A stretch of DNA of 64,000 nt, taken from the NCBI GenBank assembly GCA_902597095.1, contig CACJWK010000011.1, positions 207 to 64,206 of the forward strand, in the 5' to 3' direction. The position numbers were made by a program, and so were the translations under genes. The stretch's first letter is position 1, and each line of letters starts with the position of its first letter. Shown here piece by piece: positions 49,673-57,649 of the stretch. The notes beneath the pieces are model-generated. The model was not told the DNA's origin, did not search any database, and was given only the letters and a program-made list of their open reading frames with translations. This DNA is from an uncultured Pseudohongiella sp. (GTDB lineage Bacteria > Pseudomonadota > Gammaproteobacteria > Pseudomonadales > Pseudohongiellaceae).

Positions 49673-50683
49673 ATGGGCAGTCAATCGGATAAAGAGCAAA
49701 AAAAGCCAAACCAATCATTCGCAAGTGCGAATTCTTTGAAAAACGGCGATGTTCAAAGCGCATATCATTTGGACGACAACAGGCCGGAAGCCATTGCACA
49801 ACGCAAACTGCAACAACAAGCAGTTTCAAGACATCAGACACAGTCCGCTTCGAACCAAAACACAATTCAAAAAAAACCAACAATCCAAAAAGAAGGCGGC
49901 TATCACAAACTGGTTGATCCTGCCGAGACTTTTCACAAAAACCTTGGCAAGCAACTTATTGCAACCTATCGCACCATGGACGCTGCTGCCGATGCACTGC
50001 AAATAGGCAAGAACCGAAGCGCTTTAAAAGAAGCAGTCGTTGGTTTAGCCAAGGCAGGTATTCAAATTGCAACTATGATAGATGGTATACCCAGTATAAC
50101 CGAAGGCTCCGATTTCATGGCTGGTGAAATTGAAGTAAATCTTGGCGCAGACACACTGGGTGCGCAGGTGGGCTCATCAGGCGGAACAGCCGGTCTGGAT
50201 GCTACGCGGGATGTCACTCAAAGTCCCGGTATGCGCCGGGCTGTTCAAGATACCACAACGGGAGGAGCACTCCGAAATAAAATCCACGACAAAGTGGGAA
50301 ATCTGCACAACACGTGTAAAACCCTGCTTAGTTTTGTTCCATTCTTCGATGCAGCAACAAATGTTGCCACGGGTGTCTCGAGGGCGGCGACAAGCAAGGA
50401 CGACTGGAATCGGAAGAAAGGAATATTATTCAAGCACATACGCGACATAGAAGTAGGCATGCGGGACGCCATTTCTGGAATTGATACTGAAAGTTATGGC
50501 AACTTAGATGTGACTAGTGCCAACAAAACCAATTTTCTAAGGCACACGACAAGAACGTTAAATGACGTTTTGGCCAAATTCAATGATAAATCAGCAAAAC
50601 TAAGAGCTGTCACGGATGCCTACAGCGAAAAACATGCTGAAACTGTACCTCTCCTCACTCAAGAATTAGACGATGAAGAGTAG
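49673..50683 (+). CDS. Hypothetical protein with DNRPEAIAQRKLQ / IQKK leader; candidate eCIS-associated cargo
   Basis: 336 aa. The N-terminal ~75 aa is low-complexity and polar, with HLDDNRPEAIAQRKLQQQA, then TIQKKPTIQKE. The rest is helical with G/T-rich loops and an acidic C-terminus. Confidence 0.55.
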   Translation: MGSQSDKEQKKPNQSFASANSLKNGDVQSAYHLDDNRPEAIAQRKLQQQAVSRHQTQSASNQNTIQKKPTIQKEGGYHKLVDPAETFHKNLGKQLIATYRTMDAAADALQIGKNRSALKEAVVGLAKAGIQIATMIDGIPSITEGSDFMAGEIEVNLGADTLGAQVGSSGGTAGLDATRDVTQSPGMRRAVQDTTTGGALRNKIHDKVGNLHNTCKTLLSFVPFFDAATNVATGVSRAATSKDDWNRKKGILFKHIRDIEVGMRDAISGIDTESYGNLDVTSANKTNFLRHTTRTLNDVLAKFNDKSAKLRAVTDAYSEKHAETVPLLTQELDDEE

Positions 50684-50824
50684 GCTTAACAGGATCATTC
50701 TGATGTGAGATTTTAAGCTACCCATAAAATCAAAACCCCTTAAATGAAGAAAATGGGGTGCCTGCATGAAAGAATACGTAGTCAAAGAAAGCTGGACAGC
50801 TCGCCTTCTGAATTAAGAGAATCT

Positions 50825-51375
50825 TTAGCGCATCTGAGTAAGTAATCTTCCCTGCCAATCGAAGTGCATTCTTCCCCTCATGGCCAAGGCATTGAGTTTG
50901 ATCCCTTCCCCTTGTTCCAGGATTACTTCACCCCGGTCGTAATACACATCTGCTAGTGTCAAGTTATCCAGAGATTGATGATAGCGTTCATGATTGTAAT
51001 AACTCACAAATTGCTGTAGACAGTTCTCCAGTTCGCTGGAGAAATAGTAGTTGTTCAGTAGTATCTGGCTCTTCATTGAACGGTGCCATCACTCAATCTC
51101 TTCCTGAGTCTGAGGCTGGTAAGCCATGCCATATTCTTCCAGGTAGCCAGCAAGCTCACCCGATAAGCAACACGGACTGTTATCACTGAGCAGCCTCAGG
51201 CGATACTGCATGTTGACCTCATCCAGGTAGGTAAAACCTCACGCATCATCCAGGCTGTCAGCCAAATCAGTAGGGCGCATGGAGGGCATAGACGCTTCGC
51301 AATAATGCAGTGGGAGCAATCACCCAATACCTTAGACTGGTAATACCAGGCCTGGTCATTGATTCGATGAATTAA
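50825..51375 (-). mobile_element. Remnant of a DDE (rve/integrase-core) transposase gene, IS3/IS481-like, with multiple frameshifts and no ends recognisable
   Basis: The C-terminal piece WHRSMKSQILLNNYYF..FVSYYNHERYHQSLDNLTLADVYYDRGEVIL is intact. Upstream pieces lie in other frames (LLSDNSPCCLSGELAGYLEEYGMAY, WYYQSKVLGDCSHCIIAKRL). The N-terminal HTH part is missing. Confidence 0.7.
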
Positions 51376-51506
51376 TGTCGGACAATGTCACACTTGAGAC
51401 AGCTTGAGCAATTTCCAACGACTCAATGCTATAAGGTTCTTGTTTAATCTTAACTGGGGTTTGGTTACCATGCTAGGTCCCGAGGATCATCTAACGTTTA
51501 TAACTG

Positions 51507-52853
51507 ATGAGTTCGATGAAATCAGCCGCCATTAAAAGTGCCAAACGAAGCTGGCCCCGTTCCGTAAAACGTTGTTTTTCTTATTTTTTACTTGTTATCG
51601 TAGCGGGCTGCCAAAGCAATATCACTGACAGAGCCAGGGAGTCAGCCTCAAACATTACCGCAAACATCTCAAACCTGCCATCCGTTATCCTTCCTGGTGT
51701 CTTTCCCAGCGCTGCCCGCATTGATAGTGACTTCAGCATACCAAATGCAACGATCCTGCCCAACGGTGACCATGCAGTTATCACAACATTTTATTCAACA
51801 AACCGTACGCTTTCTAACTCCATAGCACCAGACGGCATGTTTGGTCAGCGAAGAGCAAATGCTGCAACCTTCGGTAAAAGCTATTCGGTTATACCGCGTT
51901 CAGGATCAAATTTTGAAATCGAACCAGAAACACTGCTCAAGGTGCAGATCAATGAGCCTACAGAAAATAGTAGGGCACTGAAGCAAGTAACAATTCAAGA
52001 CAGAGCTGAATTCTCCAGCGAAATAACTACCAGAATGAGGCTTACAGAAGAAAAGCGCGCACTGTTGTATGTGCATGATTTCAATGTAAGCTTCGAAAAA
52101 GCAGCCAATAACGCCGCTAAATTGGCATATGATCTTGGCTTCTCAGGCACTACTTTTTTCTTCAGCTGGCCAGCGAGGGGTGATGCCCCCGCCTACGTAG
52201 CCGATCTCGAAGATGCGACGAAATCAACGGAATCTTTGCGCTCAATGATTAAGGATATAATACTGCTCACGCCAACAGAGCAACTTCTGATTGTGGGAGA
52301 GGGTATGGGATCTCTAATTGCTAGTAATGCGCTGCAAAGTACGATTACCTTGAATCCCGAATTTCAAAATTTTTTAAAAGAGATTATATTCATTGCACCA
52401 GACATAGAGAACCCGAGCTTCACGAATGTCCTTGCCAGGTTAGTCGCTTCAGCAAATATATATGTTACTCTCTATGCATCAGGAAACTACAATAACGTTG
52501 AGAGCAATGAGTTTTTTGGAGGAATTCAAACGCCCCCAACTCTCAATAATCAAGCTCATACGGAAAATGTAGGGGAAGCGTTGCTCCACAAACTAATCGG
52601 TGCTACTGAAAATGGTGCCTCTGAGGATTTTAAAATCGAAATCATAGACATGAATAGATCTAATACGCGATTGGCGGAGGCAGAAGGATTCGCAGATTCG
52701 AGCGCAATACTCAGAGATATGTGGAATTTGGTTCACTACGGAAATCGCGCGAACTTCCGTAACACCCTCACGCCTTGCCTTTCTGCAGAGGGTACATTCT
52801 GGACTGTAAATCCCGAGGACTTAAGATCGTTTTCACAGGGCTGTCGTAGATAG
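51507..52853 (+). CDS. DUF900-type alpha/beta-hydrolase-fold lipoprotein, nucleophile motif not conserved
   Basis: 448 aa with lipobox VAGC. It has LLYVHDFNVSFEKAANNAAKLAYDLGFSGTTFFFSWPARGD, which fits the DUF900 pattern. Where I expect the family's AHSMG nucleophile elbow it reads VGEGMGS. Confidence 0.6.
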   Translation: MSSMKSAAIKSAKRSWPRSVKRCFSYFLLVIVAGCQSNITDRARESASNITANISNLPSVILPGVFPSAARIDSDFSIPNATILPNGDHAVITTFYSTNRTLSNSIAPDGMFGQRRANAATFGKSYSVIPRSGSNFEIEPETLLKVQINEPTENSRALKQVTIQDRAEFSSEITTRMRLTEEKRALLYVHDFNVSFEKAANNAAKLAYDLGFSGTTFFFSWPARGDAPAYVADLEDATKSTESLRSMIKDIILLTPTEQLLIVGEGMGSLIASNALQSTITLNPEFQNFLKEIIFIAPDIENPSFTNVLARLVASANIYVTLYASGNYNNVESNEFFGGIQTPPTLNNQAHTENVGEALLHKLIGATENGASEDFKIEIIDMNRSNTRLAEAEGFADSSAILRDMWNLVHYGNRANFRNTLTPCLSAEGTFWTVNPEDLRSFSQGCRR

Positions 52854-52874
52854 AAAAGAGTCTTAGAAGCCAGA

Positions 52875-53486
52875 TCAATTGTGATACAGGAAGAGCGTGA
52901 AGAAATCAGTCTCTGGCGAGTTTTTCATGCGAATATTTCCACTTAGCTGCTGGCAATATTCAAAGATTTCATCCGGGTCATATGACACCAAAATCCCATT
53001 ATCGAATCCCGCATCCAGATGCTTAAGCAAGCTCAGACCCACCCCTAGACGAGATATACCATACAATTTAGAAATCATTCTCTGAATAAAGCCACTTTCA
53101 CTGGTTTTATAATTGAGCGCACCAATACAGACCACAAAATCACTAACAGGAAGCAATGCTGAGCCAAACTCGCCAAGCAGAAGTTTCGCGTTCGTGCTTC
53201 CTTCAAGGTTACGCCAGGCTTCCCGTAAAAACGAACTGGATTGATCTATTCCCGTATAGCGTAAATCTCTATATCGATTCATGAGAAAATGATAGAAGTC
53301 GGCCTGGCCACAGCCGACATCAAGAACTGATTTTCCATTTAAATCAGCAAAATCACAGAAATCCTGAAAGCGTTTGCGCTGACTATCCTCGTTTTTCCAA
53401 CCTAAAGCTTCCACGGTTGATTGGCCAAATCGGGCGATCCGATCTTGGTGATAAGCCTTTACCATAGCGTTGTCTTTAGTCTGCAT
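52875..53486 (-). CDS. Class I SAM-dependent methyltransferase
   Basis: About 203 aa. It has motif I VLDVGCGQADF followed by YTGIDQS. The start is ambiguous (53504, 53486 or 53465), and the gene overlaps or abuts the stop of the 948-aa gene. Confidence 0.7.
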   Translation of the reverse strand: MQTKDNAMVKAYHQDRIARFGQSTVEALGWKNEDSQRKRFQDFCDFADLNGKSVLDVGCGQADFYHFLMNRYRDLRYTGIDQSSSFLREAWRNLEGSTNAKLLLGEFGSALLPVSDFVVCIGALNYKTSESGFIQRMISKLYGISRLGVGLSLLKHLDAGFDNGILVSYDPDEIFEYCQQLSGNIRMKNSPETDFFTLFLYHN

Positions 53487-56322
53487 CTCGATGCCAGATC
53501 GCATTTCTGATAGATCGCCGCACTCCTCGAAGCATTCTTGTCCGCTGCCTCTTCAGGCTCCGACTCATATATTTATTACCCGGCATCGTAGTCACAGCTG
53601 CCGGCGTAATATTCTGCATGGGGACAACAAAGACGACAAACGCCAATGGCAACAAAAAGTACATCATCCTCCATATGCTCACATAGGGGTCGACAAACAC
53701 GTAAGTGAGCACGACAAATGTAAAGCTAAGTCCAGTGAAGATTTTAGCGAGGAGCAAAAAAAGTGCACGTATTGGTTCTCGCACAGACCAAATAAGTGTG
53801 AGGATTGAGACCGTGTATATGAAAGTTAGGACAAAAAGAATAAATAATCTGTCTCGAAAATAAAAACTCTCTACATCCTGCTCGACCCCAGCCCAAAATC
53901 CAACATCCTCGACCACCATTGATGAGACGAATGCTTCCTTGATTTGGCGCCCCTGATTAGAATTTTCGACAGGAATTGGCCATATGGCTGCACCACCTGC
54001 TTCACCAAAGATGCGCCTCATGCCATTTAGATCTCTGGAAAGCGTTGAGAAACGTCCTTCTTCATCCATAGCTGGAATCAATATTGGATTTAGCTTTTCA
54101 AGAACTGAATCACTATCGTCGTCGACAAAAACAGTCCGGACAGCATCTATAAGCTGCTGACTGCTGTCCCAGGTGTCTTGCTCTAAGAATAGCAACAATC
54201 GAGAGATGTACTGATTAGGATTGACCTGAGATCCTTTAATCGTAGTCTTAAATTGGCGCAGAACCTCGGAAGTATTTCTTGCATGGAAGTTAAGCATCAG
54301 ATTTATCGGAGGCGCATTCTCACCGAATTCATCTTGTAGGTCCCTTGCAAGACGCTCAATTAGCCTACCAATGAACACAAGATCCTTAACTTGCAAGGTT
54401 TCAGGATCTTCCAGATTATCGAATAGGAGAGTCAGTCCATCCCCCATATACTCGCGGCCTATTGATTCCGTAGCTGTTGGATAAATAGGCAAAAGATAGT
54501 TTTTAGCAAACCGTGTGAATGCGCCGTATTGTAATGGCAATTTCAATCTGTCAATTATGTTAGTGCTGACAACGCTGAAGTGCCTTTCGTCCCAGAGTTG
54601 CCAATAGGGTGAATAAACTGCAAGATCGACCTCAGTCATACGGTTATGGGCTCCGATTATAAATTCATTCATCGCACCACCATTAACCCAGTATTCTCCA
54701 GCGTCAATTTCCCCATTTGCTTTTAATGTCATGCCATAGTAGGCAACCCTATCGTAGTACCTCAAATCAATTTCTTGGGGCACTCCTGGATCAGGGAATA
54801 ACCAGCTAGGATAAAATCCATATATAACTTTACTCTGATCGATATCACATCCGCATCCAAGAAAATTCCAAGAAATATCAGAATTTCCAGTCATATCATT
54901 TAAATCGGTTTCTCTATCTGCTCCACGTATTTCAGCTAAACTAAAAGTTGCCTCTAGAAGAATAAGATATTGTTCATGACTTAAATCCCAATCGCGGTCG
55001 TCCAACTCCGGATTAAATTTTTCCAGAGCCTTATTCACGGCTACTCCCAGCAGCCTCTCATTTGGATAAGGGATGTCATTGACCAAATCGAGCGCCGACG
55101 TCACTTCCAGCAGAAACGCCTCATCTTGCAGGATTTCAATAGACGACCGCTTGTCTAAATTAGATTGGTTGTAACTTAGGCGACTCTCTTCAATTAAGGT
55201 AGCAATGCCAGGCACATTTTGTATATTCGTAATCTGCTCGACTGTAGCCCCACTAATATAGTCAAATGAGTTCTCTATGAAATCGTTTTTAAAAGGGATA
55301 ATAAAATAGTTGCGAGCGATAGCTGCGATATGAAATCGAAGCAGGTCAAGGCTTTCATTCGCAGTTAGCTCTGGAAATTGGATTACCGAAGACCCAATTT
55401 CGGGCTGGAGATTTATTTCAGAAATTTCACCTGCATTCGTATTTTCATTCGAGGAATCAAGTGGTTCCCCGTCGGTTTCAAATGATGCACTTACCGGTAG
55501 TTCTAATATTGAAGGATCGTTGACTAAACCTCCAATCATTAACGTAACATAGTCTATATAGGCGGACTCAAATTCAGTCTTTGAAAGCCCAACAATTTCA
55601 TCACTAAAGTCTCTAAAAAAAGAAGGATCGCTTACAGAAAAATCTGACGTGCTCAAAATAGCTTCATAGTCATCCCCAATCAGTTCCCGCAGCTCGTCTC
55701 GAGTCGCTGAACTTGTGAAGTAGCTCCATAGTGTAGAAACATAGTCCTCAAATAGCGCGGAATATTGATTTGTTGATAATTGTAATATTTGAGATAGCAC
55801 ATACTCCGCAAACTCAATATCCAAACTACTTGTAAGATAATCCGAGGTCAATTGACCAAGATATTGTCGATAAATCGATGCGAATTCCGCCGTACTCATT
55901 TGCTTTATGTATAGTGAAAAGAAGGACTGAAATTCACTATCAATCAACTCACTAAGCTCGATCTCCTGCAAATTCAGAGTATAGTCAGTCACGAAACGAG
56001 CAATATCACCGTCAGTTAGACGTGCAACAAAAACATCTGAGTCTAGTTCAGGGTCAATATTCTCCAAAATAGGAAGAGATATAGCTGAGAGTTTTTCGGC
56101 TAATTGAAGAGGATCTAATATTCTTAGCTCCGCAAAATTATTAATATCTAGAGCTGCATCAGGCATCTCTTGGGCAACATCTCTCTTCGCCGGGAATAAG
56201 CTCAAAGCTAGCAAAACTATTCCTAGCCAAAAGGTTTGTATTTTCCGATGGAGAATGGTCATGGAGTATCCCGGTTTAGGCCGTTTTTCCTTCTTTTCGA
56301 AGCTCTTTGGTGATGCCTTCAA
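53476..56322 (-). CDS. Large membrane-anchored protein of unknown function (N-terminal signal/anchor, ~800-aa extracytoplasmic region, three C-terminal TM helices)
   Basis: 948 aa (928 aa if the start is MTILHRK at 56262). The N-terminal helix is IQTFWLGIVLLALSLFP. The C-terminal helices are LFILFVLTFIYTVSILTLIWSV, ALFLLLAKIFTGLSFTFVVLTYVFV and MMYFLLPLAFVVFVVP. The central segment VIYGFYPSW...YYDRVAYYGM...GDGLTLLFDNLE is vaguely GH18/TIM-barrel-like. Confidence 0.6.
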   Translation of the reverse strand: MKASPKSFEKKEKRPKPGYSMTILHRKIQTFWLGIVLLALSLFPAKRDVAQEMPDAALDINNFAELRILDPLQLAEKLSAISLPILENIDPELDSDVFVARLTDGDIARFVTDYTLNLQEIELSELIDSEFQSFFSLYIKQMSTAEFASIYRQYLGQLTSDYLTSSLDIEFAEYVLSQILQLSTNQYSALFEDYVSTLWSYFTSSATRDELRELIGDDYEAILSTSDFSVSDPSFFRDFSDEIVGLSKTEFESAYIDYVTLMIGGLVNDPSILELPVSASFETDGEPLDSSNENTNAGEISEINLQPEIGSSVIQFPELTANESLDLLRFHIAAIARNYFIIPFKNDFIENSFDYISGATVEQITNIQNVPGIATLIEESRLSYNQSNLDKRSSIEILQDEAFLLEVTSALDLVNDIPYPNERLLGVAVNKALEKFNPELDDRDWDLSHEQYLILLEATFSLAEIRGADRETDLNDMTGNSDISWNFLGCGCDIDQSKVIYGFYPSWLFPDPGVPQEIDLRYYDRVAYYGMTLKANGEIDAGEYWVNGGAMNEFIIGAHNRMTEVDLAVYSPYWQLWDERHFSVVSTNIIDRLKLPLQYGAFTRFAKNYLLPIYPTATESIGREYMGDGLTLLFDNLEDPETLQVKDLVFIGRLIERLARDLQDEFGENAPPINLMLNFHARNTSEVLRQFKTTIKGSQVNPNQYISRLLLFLEQDTWDSSQQLIDAVRTVFVDDDSDSVLEKLNPILIPAMDEEGRFSTLSRDLNGMRRIFGEAGGAAIWPIPVENSNQGRQIKEAFVSSMVVEDVGFWAGVEQDVESFYFRDRLFILFVLTFIYTVSILTLIWSVREPIRALFLLLAKIFTGLSFTFVVLTYVFVDPYVSIWRMMYFLLPLAFVVFVVPMQNITPAAVTTMPGNKYMSRSLKRQRTRMLRGVRRSIRNAIWHRDAD

Positions 56323-57649
56323 TTAGATCATCTTCAATTATCTTGGCCCGATTGGCCTGTAAAGTGCTGATTGCTCCATATCGCACAACGTTGGTAATTG
56401 AGCCACCTGAAAGCTCATATTTCTCAGCGATACCCTTTAAAGATATTTCTAAATCTATATTCTTAGTAGCCCCGAGAATACGCTTCCATAGTAAAAGCCT
56501 GTTTTCACTGTCTGGCATTGGGAAATAAACAATACTTTGAAATCTTCTAGAAAATGCTTCATCAATGTTTGCTTTAATATTTGAAGCTAGAATTACAACC
56601 CCTGGGAAATCCTCTATTCGCTGCAATAAATAAGATATTTCTTGGTTTGCATAGCGATCGTTTGAGCTATTTGCCTGAGTCCTTTTCCCAAATAGCGCGT
56701 CAGCTTCATCGAAAAATAAGATCCAATTTTTACTTTCCGCTTGGTCGAAAACGTTTGCAAGATTCTTTTCTGTCTCACCGATGTATTTAGACACAACCAT
56801 TGATAGATCAATACGATAAACATCGGCATCAACAGAAGAGCCTATTAAGCTGGCAGTGAGTGTTTTCCCTGTACCTGGGGGCCCGTAGAATAGGCTCCGG
56901 TAACCTGGCTTTATTACTTTTTCCAGCCCCCAATCCCTCATTATTGTATTAGAGTGCTTAACCCAAGTGACTATGTTTTCAATTTCCATCATCACTTCAG
57001 TAGGTAGAATTAAGTCTTCCCATGTTAGCTTGGTCGTTATCAGCTTCGCCGGAAAATTCATATTATAGTCAGGCTTGTGATACAGCCCAGTCGTTACTTT
57101 GTTCAAATATTCAGTACTTACACGCAATGCGGCGCTCATAAATGGCTCATCGGATGCGCTGTGCTCAAGTAGAACGATACCTTTACTCACTAGACTACTT
57201 TCACCTTCAAAACAACGTGTAATCTCGAATCGCTTATTCAAATCACTGCCGGCCAACAAAAAGACGGCTGTCTCACATGTAGGTAGAAAGCCTCCGTGGT
57301 TTTTTCCTTTTAAACCGCCAAATTGCGTAAAGCCTCTATCGAAATTTTTATTTCTAGTAAAAAGTATATCTAGCAAGTCAGGTCTTATGTGGGGAATTAA
57401 TGCCAACAAGAATATAAGGCGCTCGTCAATACTGAGCGACAGGTCTCGAACTAGGTCAGAGTAGAGAGAGGCGTCATCCGAAAGATTAGGCGCGGCGATA
57501 TCATAGATACTTTGAAAAAGTGAAGACTCTCCGTCCTCTTCAGACTCATGCTCGAAGTAGAGAGCAATACGCGCGTCCAGTACAGCATTGAACCAAACTA
57601 GTTCTTTTTCAAGAGAGTGCGCATTTGACTGGTTTACAAGATCACTCAT
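56276..57649 (-). CDS. AAA+ ATPase, Afp15/Pvc15-like (eCIS assembly ATPase position)
   Basis: The start at ATG 57649 overlaps the upstream stop (ATGA). It has a ~220-aa N-terminal domain, then Walker A GPPGTGKT, Walker B ILFFDEADALFGKR, and SRRF in a single AAA module. It lies directly after the tape-measure gene. Confidence 0.8.
   Translation of the reverse strand: MSDLVNQSNAHSLEKELVWFNAVLDARIALYFEHESEEDGESSLFQSIYDIAAPNLSDDASLYSDLVRDLSLSIDERLIFLLALIPHIRPDLLDILFTRNKNFDRGFTQFGGLKGKNHGGFLPTCETAVFLLAGSDLNKRFEITRCFEGESSLVSKGIVLLEHSASDEPFMSAALRVSTEYLNKVTTGLYHKPDYNMNFPAKLITTKLTWEDLILPTEVMMEIENIVTWVKHSNTIMRDWGLEKVIKPGYRSLFYGPPGTGKTLTASLIGSSVDADVYRIDLSMVVSKYIGETEKNLANVFDQAESKNWILFFDEADALFGKRTQANSSNDRYANQEISYLLQRIEDFPGVVILASNIKANIDEAFSRRFQSIVYFPMPDSENRLLLWKRILGATKNIDLEISLKGIAEKYELSGGSITNVVRYGAISTLQANRAKIIEDDLIEGITKELRKEGKTA

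Noticed and set aside
49563-49883. A 106-aa minus-strand ORF overlapping the start of the candidate cargo gene.
   Set aside because: It overlaps a longer ORF that carries a recognisable leader motif. It has no RBS or motif of its own and is Cys/Leu-rich, like a shadow frame.
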